The position numbers were made by a program, and so were the translations under genes. A stretch of 62,706 nt of DNA, counting the filler, from Basidiobolus ranarum (lineage: Eukaryota): the NCBI GenBank assembly GCA_040143965.1. It is 12 parts of 12 records of this genome, joined end to end, with 100 filler letters (N's around TTAATTAATTAA, not from the genome) between each part and the next. Parts side by side here need not be neighbours in the genome. Positions count along the whole stretch, not along the records: positions 52,369 to 57,488 come from JASJQH010001706.1; positions 57,589 to 62,706 come from JASJQH010001707.1; 10 more parts are not named here. The stretch is one strand, 5' to 3'. Positions 52,538 to 62,706 of this stretch are shown here, in pieces. Under the pieces are notes generated by a model. It saw only the letters and a list, made by a program, of their open reading frames with translations, did no database searches and was not told where the DNA came from. The stretch's first letter is position 1, and every line of letters starts with the position of its first letter.

Positions 52538-52953
52538 GTAGAAGAAATGGAAGTCGTTTTGCAGGTCAAATGAATCCTGAGTATATCAATATTGAAGGTG
52601 GGATAAACTCCAAGATATTTCAGAGAATAAAATGTAATTGTTCTAACATGACCTGGATACTTTAAAGCGTAGACACTATGGTTAGTAGTTTAGCTTCAAA
52701 CTCATTATAATGTACAAAGGCTAATTGAGAGTAATTTGAAATTCCGTATACATGGAATAATGATTGCATATGGCATTAGTACACTATAATGCTAACAAAG
52801 CCAGAGATACTGCTCTTCAAAAACTATGTATATTTGGTACAATGTGCTAACTTATGCTCAAGCGTGTTAATGACCAGATGTTTCTTCCTTCTATAGTTTT
52901 TATTGATATGGTCTGTATTGTATAGCATCTTGACACATACTATGTAAAATATA

Positions 52954-53026
52954 CAACCCAACCGGGGGTCGAACCCGGGGCCTTCCGCTTAGGAGGCGGA
53001 CGCTCTATCCACTGAGCTACAGGGCC
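52954..53026 (-). tRNA. tRNA-Arg(CCT) with weak acceptor stem
   Basis: 73-nt cloverleaf: D arm GCTC/GAGC, anticodon arm TCCGC-CTCCTAA-GCGGA, T arm CCGGG-TTCGACC-CCCGG; TTTT downstream. Confidence 0.9.
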
Positions 53027-53868
53027 TTTTTGTTATTTGTTACGAAATTGGATTATCAGACAAAAGCGATGGCGATTTTGGAGACAACATAATGTCTCAA
53101 TCAACTCAATATTTCGTACACATATAATGCATAAGCAAACCTTGACCTTCACCCAGTTTCATATCTACACCTTTCCCACACGTCTCGCAATCACCGAAAC
53201 AAGAAAAGAAATGCAAATATCTCCAGAACTACTCGACGAATCATTACTAAGCTTTAAAGAGACAATTCTCTATTATTTTTCTACTATAGGTATAAATTTT
53301 AAAACGAACCAACAGCGGAGACAAAAGTTACAAGATATCGGAAATGGGCCGTTAGTGTTATATACATGTTTCGAAATTAGCACACTCCCAAATCCGGCAG
53401 GAATGCCACTCGATTTTCCCCTGATCAACCCTATAAAAATAGCACAATCGAAATAAAGTTAATCAGTCAATTTATCAGTGAATCAAGTCCCGAAATTGCA
53501 CTCACCTCAGGAACCAGCCTCAATATATTAATACCAATAGAATAAAATGGTAGCCCAGCAGTTTATTAGTAATGATTTTCTGGCTCTCTTCATAAGTGAT
53601 TATGTATGATGTCACGATATGGCTAGACCTATGTTGAAGGGTTGAACTTTGGAGTTGCATACCTATATACCCTGACAGGTCTTCTCATTGCACACAAAGC
53701 TTTTGGAACTTTCTTTCTCATGCCATGAGATTGCTAACAAATAAATCAATCGTCTCAAGCCTCACAAGGAGAGCATCTTGCCTTTCCGATAGGTGTCGAC
53801 GGTAGGTTCAATATATATTTATTCATTTTAATATAAAAATACAAATTCGCAATGGAGACATTGGATAC

Positions 53869-54342
53869 TTAATAACGGTTCCCGATCTTTGAGTGCCATG
53901 TGCGAGCTCTTTCGAAACCATTAATACCCATACGATAATCAATGAATGTGCGCTTTATATCGTCGGCATGATTCATGACAAATGGTCCATGCTGCACTAT
54001 TGGCTCCTTGATGGGCTCACCAGCTACAAGTACAAAATGTACTGCACTGTCCCTGGTCTCAATACTGAGCACGTCCCCCTCTTCGCTAAGTGTCAATGTG
54101 TGATGTGCTTTCCCGAGAGTATCTTGTGAGCCGAAATATCCCTCCCCTTTCAATATATACAGGAACCCTTGGTAACTCTCCGGAATCACCTGTTCAAGTT
54201 TGGAGTTCTTTCCAACCTTAAAGTCTAGGTACATGGTAGGTGTTTTGGTAACTACAGGACTATTCACTCCAAACGAGTTACCAGCAATAACCTTGATCAC
54301 AGCATCTACTCCAGGAGGCGATACTCTTGGAATCTCCTTATC
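53869..54342 (-). pseudogene. Pirin, C-terminal half only
   Basis: DKEIP...IKVIAG..FGVNSPV.TKTPTMYLDF...FVLVAGEPIKEPIVQHGPFVMN...GFERARTWHSKIG. I found no N-terminal HPHRG exon upstream before the SDR gene. Confidence 0.82.
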
Positions 54343-54361
54343 TATCTTATCTTATCTTATC

Positions 54362-54467
54362 CTAATGTTTGTCAATTTCTGGATGGACCTTCTTGGCAAA
54401 CTCATGTATGGTAGTACCTGGATGCACCAACATACAATCTCTGAAAACACCGCCCTGCTTACCTGGC
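54362..54467 (-). pseudogene. Isolated exon of a Ygr210c-like (Obg/YchF-related) GTPase C-terminus
   Basis: After a pyrimidine-rich TAG acceptor: PGKQGGVFRDCMLVHPGTTIHEFAKKVHPEIDKH*. Confidence 0.6.
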
Positions 54468-54609
54468 CTAATAAAGAGAACAAATAGAATTATCTCACTT
54501 GACATCTTCCTTGATTAACTTCAAGCACACTTTATATAAGTGATGCTCAATAAAGTTACTAAAAACCTAACCCTACGCTAATTCCGTCTGCCAGAAATTC
54601 TTAGGTCGA

Positions 54610-54745
54610 GCTTACTAGGAACACTCTACTATTGACTCCATCCACTCTGGAAAATTCTACTCAGGTCCATCCCTTCTGGAATTCTCTACTCTTGGCTCTA
54701 TCCTATCTGGAATACTCTCAAGCCTAGCTCACTAGGAAACTCTTC
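54610..54745. repeat. Imperfect ~30-bp tandem repeats
   Basis: Recurring CCATCC..CTGGAA..TCTACT and CTAGGAA units. Confidence 0.6.
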
Positions 54746-55445
54746 TATGTCAACTTGTTGACTTTATGCTGTGAATTTTATATTTACAATTGGCTTATTT
54801 ACATATATATGTTGTTTAACTTGATAAATAAAGATTACACCTTATGGTGTTTTTCATCCCCCCTGCTAGTATTGCCTACTGAACATTTCGAAGATCGTGC
54901 ACTTGTGCGCTGCTTTTGTTCAGTGTGATTCAAGACATTGAAGGCCCACCAAAGGTTCAGCTTATAAAGGTGTCATAAATGAATCTTCTTGACACGAGCA
55001 ATTTCATCCACATTCTCATCCAGATGAAACTGACCAGGTGAGACTGAACCAGTAGAATAAAGCCGTGAGATTACGGAGTCTTTCCATTCACTTGGTAGTG
55101 TAAAATGGAGCTAAACGAGGTGTAACCACAGGTGTGACTTGAGAGTTATTTTCACTTTACCTTTAACAACTTCAGCCTAACTTCCTATGTACATCACCGA
55201 TTAAGGCTGTTAAAAACAATAAAAAGTACTACATTAGAACACCTCCAAGATCTTGAAGTATTTTGAACGCTTTATTTCTTTTCCTACATACATCCTACCA
55301 TTTTGAGGCAACTACTACTGAGTATAGCACAAATATTTAATGTAAGAATGTCCATAGGAATTGTCAAAATAATAATCAAAGAGGTTATCACTCAGAGATT
55401 ATCAGTGAAAGCATCATGCTGAGAGTACTGAATTTGTAGCAACAC

Positions 55446-56399
55446 CTAACTGTCAAATTTTTGGCCGACCAACTGCTCACTCAGAGACCAGAGTTTGCGT
55501 GCATTGGTCTCATCTAACGCATATTCCTTAACATTTGCGTTGTTGACTCGGTTATCTTCCAAGTATGAACCACTCTGGTCCCGGATGGATGGATCAAAGG
55601 CGGCAACAATATAAGTTGCCGTGCCCTGCGGAATCGTCTTCCACAGGATATTCAGTGGCTTACCCTCAGGGTCAACCATAGTTTTGATCTCAGTTTCGAA
55701 ATCAATATGTTTACTAAGATTAGTTCTAATGGTTCCAGGGTGAACACTAAACGCGTGGACTCCCTTCTCCTTGTATCTTTTGTTGAGCTCAAGTGCAAAT
55801 AATATATTAGCTGTCTTCGATTGGCCGTATGCCTGCCACTTTTCGTAGTCCTTACCTTCATTGAAGCCAACATCATCAAATCGAATGGGACTGAAACGAT
55901 GTCCTCTACTGGAGATATTGACTATGCGTGGATCTGTGGTGTTGGATGCAAGGACGCGGGGCAGTATCAGATTGGTAAATAGAAAAGGACCTAGGTGATT
56001 GGTGCCAAACAGAGCCTCGATTCCATCTGCCGTAGTATAATACCGGGAATCCATAATGGCGGCATTATTGACTAGGACATCTATAGGCTTGGGTAATTGA
56101 TTCACTTCCTCGGCGGCATGACGAATGGATGTGAAAGACGCTAAATCGATAACCAGTGGATATAGGTTAGCTTCAGGTGTTTCCTCCTTTATTTTTTTGA
56201 TGGTATCATCTAGGGATTCTTGTCGTCTACTACCAATAATAATAAGACCAGCACCATACTTGGCTACGACACGGGCAAATTCCGCTCCAAGGCCACCCCA
56301 AGTAGTTCCAGTCACCAACACCGTCTTTCCTTTGATTTCATTAGCAAAATGGGAAGCAACCTCTTCTGCTGTAGCTTCGTTATTGAACTGGGAAGTCAT
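55446..56399 (-). CDS. Short-chain dehydrogenase/reductase (RDH/WWOX-like), intronless, 317 aa
   Basis: TGTTWGGLG, DLAS, LVNNAA, FGTNHLGPF, YGQSK and VHPG. Confidence 0.95.
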   Translation of the reverse strand: MTSQFNNEATAEEVASHFANEIKGKTVLVTGTTWGGLGAEFARVVAKYGAGLIIIGSRRQESLDDTIKKIKEETPEANLYPLVIDLASFTSIRHAAEEVNQLPKPIDVLVNNAAIMDSRYYTTADGIEALFGTNHLGPFLFTNLILPRVLASNTTDPRIVNISSRGHRFSPIRFDDVGFNEGKDYEKWQAYGQSKTANILFALELNKRYKEKGVHAFSVHPGTIRTNLSKHIDFETEIKTMVDPEGKPLNILWKTIPQGTATYIVAAFDPSIRDQSGSYLEDNRVNNANVKEYALDETNARKLWSLSEQLVGQKFDS

Positions 56400-57385
56400 A
56401 GTGATAAAGCTTATATACCCCTCGAGGTAGAGGTTATATATACTTTAGCTCATCGCTTACGAAAACCAGTATTGCGCATGAAGTGTTTGATTCATGGCAA
56501 TGCTGCAGACGATACATAGGGGGTCAAACTGAATCAGTAAGCATAGAAAATGAGACACCAAGTCAGGTATTGAAAAGGGTGAAGACATGTGATGTACTTC
56601 TCATGTCTAGTGAACCAGTATTTTTCTACAGATAATTCAATAGATCCGGTAATGATCAACATGAGGCAGATTATTTTGGAAATTATACAAGATATCCAAG
56701 CGTTTGGTTTCCAGTATTTGGTTTCCAGTATTGATTCTTTCCCATGCAATGAATCCGCAGTGATCATCTGGGGAATTCAGTTTCCGATTATCCTATATCG
56801 TTTACCCACATCGAGGACGTCTTAATTGCGTAAATCCAGAAATTGGCATCGCATCGTCACGCAAATGAAGTGTGACTGGAAATCTAAGTATATGAAGTGG
56901 AGTAGCCAGTACAGTCATCCAAGTAAGCACTGACATGTTCTGGGCATATGCGCACTAATATGGGTTAATGCGCCCATTGCCAACAATGTGATATTTCGGT
57001 TAATAAATCGCGTTACCGTTTTTATTTGAGCTAAATTTAGCAACTAATAAAGATCGTCGGAGATCCCATGGTCTGTGGCGGTTGTGTGAGAGGCTTGGAG
57101 TAAATACTGGTCACTCTCCAACACACAGGAAATACTCCCCACAATTACTAAATATAAAGCAATTATTTCGAATTCGTCAAATTTCACTTGGTTCAAAAGA
57201 AGATTGACTGATATGCGTGTCTTTGGGGCTGATGTCAGCACGGAAATACGGTGGTATTTGCATTTCAACCAAAGAAAATCGTGAGTTTGATGCTTAGGTG
57301 CGATGTTTACCCCATTCTAATTGTGGATTCATCCAGGGCATACGCCAGTAACATGAGTTGCTTCAGCACCAGTAAAAACGGCACA

Positions 57386-57441
57386 GATATACGAGTTACC
57401 ATCAACTAGAGTGGATATACGAGTTACCAACAACTAGAGTG
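57386..57441. repeat. 28-bp tandem duplication
   Basis: GATATACGAGTTACCA(T/A)CAACTAGAGTG occurs twice. Confidence 0.9.
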
Positions 57442-57588
57442 GAAGTTGTCGAGAAGTTCTCTTTATATCATTGGAGAACGAGGTTGGANNNNNNNNNNNN
57501 NNNNNNNNNNNNNNNNNNNNNNNNNNNNNNNNTTAATTAATTAANNNNNNNNNNNNNNNNNNNNNNNNNNNNNNNNNNNNNNNNNNNN

Positions 57589-58436
57589 CCAGGATCTGAG
57601 TACAAAACTGTAGTAAAGCAAATATTCAGGTATTTGAGAGGAACTGTAGATCTAGTTCTGGAATACTCTGCCACTCCTGATGCTCAAAACTTTGAAGGCC
57701 ATGGTGATGCAGATTGAGGAAGAAACCTTGATGATCAACAATCAACAACTGTGTTCACTTTTATCTATGGTATTGTTGCCATATCTTGAAAAGTAAGAAG
57801 CAACCAAACATAGCACTTTCCACTACAGAAGCAGATTATGAAGATAATCAAAGTTGTATTCCATTAGCTAAAAACCCTACATATCATGCCAGAACAATAC
57901 ATATAGATATTAGGCATCTTTTTGTTAGAGAAGCTATGGAGAATGATATAAATGAACTTGTCTATTGCCCCACTGAAGAAATGCTAGCTGATATCTTAAT
58001 CAAACCTTTAGCTAAAGCACTATTTGCATTATTAAGATATAAGTTAGGTTTAAGGGAAATACAAAATAATTAGTTGAGTGAGAATGTTGAAATTAGATAA
58101 ATAGCAACTCATTATTTACTAGTTAGTTTATGCATATTCTAATTATTTAGCACTCAATTCTGTCATTGATAAATGTGTGCTTATTGCTCTAATTGATAGA
58201 TATATCAATTAGAACACTTTTACAAATTTTTGCTATTTTCTCAAAACTTCTCCAAATCACCTCAAATTTTCACCTGTGCTTAACAGGCATGTTTGTTATT
58301 ATCTAAGCACATCTAATAGTCCTATTTAATTGTAAACTATAAATAGGACATATTCAATTCAATAAAACCTAAGTGTCCAATTCATATATCCAAATCTTGT
58401 TCAAAACACTTCCAAATCCCCCAAGCACTTTTATCA
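57589..58436 (+). mobile_element. Copia family B 3' end: RNase H, PPT, 3' LTR (58085-58436)
   Basis: EDNQSCI.LAKNPTYHARTIHIDIRHLFVRE...MLADILIKPL, then purine tract GAGTGAGAA and TGTTGAAA...TTTTATCA. Confidence 0.92.
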
Positions 58437-58940
58437 AAATGACTCAAATCAAATCCAGGAGCTTCCTTCCCAATATGTGGTGGGCAGTTTAATGCATACA
58501 ATGGCTTGAACATGTCCAGACTTTGCCATGGCAGTGGGAACTGTCAGCCAATATCTCAAAAATCCAGGATCTGAGCACTAAACTGCAGTAAAAGGAAAAT
58601 TCATGTATTCTAAAAGAACTGTAGATCTAGTTCTGAAGTACACTGGCATTCTTAATGTACAACATTATGCAGGCTACAGCAATGCTTACCAGGAAAGAAG
58701 CCTTGATGATTAGAGATCAACAACCTAGTACACTTTTCTCTATAATAATGGAGCTATAACTTGGAATAGTAAGAAGCAACCAATTAAGACACTTTTGACA
58801 AAAGAAGCAGTGTTCATAGCTGCCTCTGCTATGGCACAAGAAGCTATGTAGTTGAGCAATCATATCCAATTTTGGGATGCATGCAAAAATGTGCTATCAC
58901 TGTATTTGAAGATAATCAAAGTCTACTTACATTAGCTAAA
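58437..58940 (+). mobile_element. Host copia family B RT/RNase H segment into which both neighbours inserted
   Basis: Homologous to 45227-45590. It ends at ...EDNQS..LAK exactly where the next LTR starts. Confidence 0.85.
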
Positions 58941-61900
58941 TGTTGAAATTAACATTGCCTAAGTACCTATATAGTCACATATAGCTTAGTACTTAGTTAT
59001 CTTCTAATTCACTAAGATATTATCAATTATTGTCAATTGGAATTAACTTATGATATATTGACCAACTTAGAAGTTCTCAGATATATAGATTTGTCAAACT
59101 TGAGCTAGAAGCTCCAAACTTAGCACAAATGTTCCTGAGAACTTTTGTAGCACGTTCTACATGTTTGTTTGTTTACATCTTGACAAAACTATATATGTCA
59201 ACTTTCTACTCAATAAATCAATAAGTGAAAACTACTAATTTCTCTGATTGTCCCAACCACTTCCGACAGGCTCCCAAATATTTTAATAGGTTATGAGCCC
59301 CAAACTTGCACACTCTGTAATGTCCACTTCTATAATTAATGGAAAACTGCTATGAAGGTATGTAAAGCCTTGGAAGACACCTACCCTAGAAGTTCTGCTG
59401 CCAACATGATGTTTCCATGAAGACAATTCTTTAACTTAAAGATAAAGCCATGAGAAGACATTTCATCACTAATGAATAGTCACTATTTGAGTGGATGAAA
59501 TGGTATGCCATGGAGTACCTACTACTGATCAAGTTATCATAGCTACAGTCCTGAATAGCCTGCCTCATGAGTTGCAGAGCCTAGAAATGGCTCTAGAATC
59601 AAGAACTGAAAATTTTACCTTAAATTATGCCATTGGCAGACTTCTAGATGAAAATTTACACAAATTAGGATTTAACCAAAAGAATGAAGAAAATGCTTTC
59701 ATACACTATGTGAAACCTTCCTTTAAAGGTCAAAAGTACTTTAAGAGGAAAAATAACACTTTCTGTGATTACTGTAAAAGAACTGGCCATTTAAGCAAAG
59801 ATTGTTCAAATGAATTGGAAAAGAAGAAACTGTGCTAAATCTGAAAATGTGGTTACAACAGAAGATCACTTGTTCATATCTGCTCTATATATGACTACCA
59901 TCAAGGATTTTCAGATGTAATACATTGATTCTATAGCTTCCCAACATTTCACAAATGAAAAACATTAGTTTGTGCAATACAAAGAAGTCCCAATTAGAAA
60001 GGTTTTCATGGGAGATGACCACATGTTGAATGCTATTGAAGTTGGAACAGTTAAAGTCATTGTCACTGAAGCTTCTGAAGAGAAAGTATATACTCCTAAT
60101 GATGTTCTATAGGTTTCAGATATTTGCCAAGAGTTCAATATCTGTATACAATGCCACCTCAGAAGGGCTAAAATTCAATTTTGATGAGTCAGGATGCATC
60201 ATCAATGATCAAAATGGGAATTATTTAGCTTTGGGAGAGAAGGATCAAAACTTATACAAGCTTAGATGAAATCAAAGAGTTCTATGTGTAAATATAGGTT
60301 TTTTCAATCAAGAAGCTATTCAATCATGGCATAAGAGACTTGGCCATATTGGATTTGATTACTTGAGCAAAGTCATCAAATATTGCCTAATTACTGGAAT
60401 TCAAACTAACCCCCAACCACAATGGAAATTTGTGAGGGTTGTATATATGGAAAACAAGCCAGGCAACTGTTCAAGAGCTCTGGTTTAATCAAATATGTTA
60501 AAAAATTGGATCTAATTCACTCAGATCTGTGTGTACCTATGCAAAATTTGTGTTCAGGTAGAAAAAGATATTTAATCACATTGATAGATGATTACACAAG
60601 ATACACTTGGGTAAACTTTATGGAAAGAAAAGAAGAAGCTCTCTCTTTAATTAGAGATTTTATGGCACCTGTGGAGACTGAAACTGGAGCTAAAATCAAG
60701 AAATATGTACTGATAATGGTGCAGAATATACTTCAACAATATTAAAGTACATTTGCAAAGTTCATGGAATTAAGCAAGAAACTACTGCCCCCTATTTACC
60801 TGAACAAAATGCAGTTGCTCAAAGAGCTAACAGGACTATAGCAGAAATGGCAAGATCTATGATAAATGCACAAGAATTTTTCCCATAACCTTAGGCAAAA
60901 TCTGTAGCTACAGCTGTATATCTGAAGAATAAGAGTTTACTAGAAGTCTGTCTAACTTTACATCATATTAAGCTTGGTTTGGAGTTAAATCTGGTGTATT
61001 ACATTTGAGGATCTTTGGATGCATTGCTCATTTTAAAGTTATGACCAAAAATTGGTCTAAATTTGTACTAAAGAGTAAGAAATATATATTCCCTGGGTTG
61101 TTGTATACAAACTAATGCCTACAGACTTTATGATTCCAGAATTTCCAAGTGAATCAAGTCCAGTGATGTTTTGTTTAGTAAGAATGAAACATTTTCACCC
61201 AAAATGATCTTAGATGATGGCAACAATCAATTTTCTCCAGATCCAATCATTCATATTGATTCAAACTAAACAATGAAGAATATAACATTCCTGTGGACCC
61301 TTCAACTGACATTTTGCCTACTGAAGTGCCTAATACAATGCCAGAAATTGTAGTACCTTTCTCCCAAAACAGGAGATCAAATCAGATCAGAACTTACCCT
61401 GACTACTATATTAATGAGTCCCAAAATTGGGCCTATGTTTTACAACTCAAATACAACAACCCCAGACTGTAAAAGAGGCCCTGAATGGCCCTCACACAAA
61501 ATTTTGGACATCTGCAATGGCTGATAAGTATCAGATTTTTATTGATAATCAAACTTGGAATTTAACCAACTTACCTGATGATAGAAAATCAATTGGCTGC
61601 CAATAGGTGTTTAAATTTAAATACAACTCTGATGGCAATATAGAAAGGTACAAGGCTAGACTAGTAGCTAAAGGCTATTCCCAAACACCAGGAATAGATT
61701 ATATAGAAAATTTTGCTCCTGTAGCAACGTTTAATTCAATTAGAATGATTTTGGCAATTTCTGCTAAATATCAGTTTATTATACACTAGGTGAATATTCA
61801 AACCACCTTTTTGAATGGTGAGCTTGCTGAGGAGATCTATATGGACCAGCTAGATAGATTTGTGGACTTAGGAAGACCTAAAAAAGTGTGCAGAATCCCA

Positions 61901-62706
61901 AAAAAACTCTATGGCTTAAAACAATCTCTAAGAGCATGGAATAGCAAGATAGATGTTTTTTTGGAAACACTCAGATTTCAAACAGTAATGCTGACTGTAG
62001 TACCCATTTCAGGCCAGAAAAGACAAGCATAGTTCTGTTAGCCTTCTACATAGATGACCTTATGACAGCAACTAATGACAAGAAGACTTTGGAGAAAACC
62101 AAATCCAGCTTATCTGCAAAATTCAAAATGACTGATCTTGGTGAACTGATGAACTATCTAGGAATCAAAATTAAGATAGATAGGACTGCCAAAACAATAA
62201 CTATCAACTAGTCTAAGTAATCTAGATATACAAAAGAAGTTTAAAATGGAAGAATATAATCCAGTATCTATCCCAATGGAGGCAAATTTTGACTTGAGCA
62301 AAAATGGCTCAAATCAGACATTCTTAGATTCAAATGAAGCCAGAAATTTCCTTATCAATGTATAGTTGATAGTGTGATGTATATTGTGGTTGGAGCAAGG
62401 TCAGATATTGCACATTCTGTGGGAGTTATATGCCAATATCTTCAAAATTACAAATCTGATCAATTCACAGCAGTTGAGTGGATTTTCAGATATTTGAAAA
62501 GTACTGTGGATCTGGGCTTAAAATACACATATTCCAGATCAAATTTTGATCTGATCATTCAGATGCAACTTGGGGAAGAGATATTGAAGACAGGTGATCT
62601 ACATCCGGATAGTTATTTCTTGGCTATAATGGTGCTATTTCTTGGAATACAAAGAAACAACTTACAGTAGCACTTTCAACAACAGAAGCTGAATTCATGA
62701 CTCCCT
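58941..62706 (+). mobile_element. Copia family A element: 5' LTR 58941-59288, PBS 59289-59300, degenerate gag-pol
   Basis: LTR homologous to 12955-13301; [60 protein letters not shown] and STTEAE. Confidence 0.95.

Noticed and set aside
53037-53456. 139-aa ORF next to the tRNA
   Set aside because: TTG start, no recognisable motif and intergenic-like composition.
55446-56399. Intronless SDR as a bacterial acquisition
   Set aside because: Lack of introns alone is not evidence, and the motif pattern fits the common fungal RDH-like SDR subfamily.
5147-57588. Regularly spaced TTAATTAATTAA palindromes as a biological repeat or CRISPR-like array
   Set aside because: They are always embedded in exactly 44+44 Ns between length-sorted contigs, so they are an artificial linker. 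No gene-cluster inference across linkers is valid.

Overview
This is eukaryotic DNA, most likely from an intron-rich early-diverging fungus; Basidiobolus-like is my inference only. The window is not one locus. It is 12 unrelated contigs of about 5.1 kb, sorted by decreasing length (5146 to 5118 bp) and joined by an artificial 100-bp linker (N44-TTAATTAATTAA-N44), so adjacency across a linker means nothing. Host genes and fragments: catalase 3' end, DHA1-type MFS transporter, a bacterial-type solute-binding protein with an intron and an in-frame TAG, RTP1/TANGO6, a Ppn2-like metallophosphoesterase, an arrestin 5' end, LMBR1-like, VTI1 (missed by the ORF track), caleosin, a Yvc1-like TRP channel, an SH3 protein, tRNA-Arg(CCT), a truncated pirin, an SDR and small secreted proteins. 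About 40% of the window is decayed, strongly CpG-depleted transposon DNA. This comprises two Ty1/copia families with ~350-bp LTRs and a half-tRNA(iMet) primer site, often nested, and a CACTA/CMC-type DNA transposon whose transposase is head-to-head with a long uncharacterised second ORF. Best leads: the bidirectional CMC element, the TE-restricted CpG erasure, the intron-containing solute-binding protein, the Cys-rich secreted ORF with in-frame stops, and a chimera of gene fragments next to the pirin.
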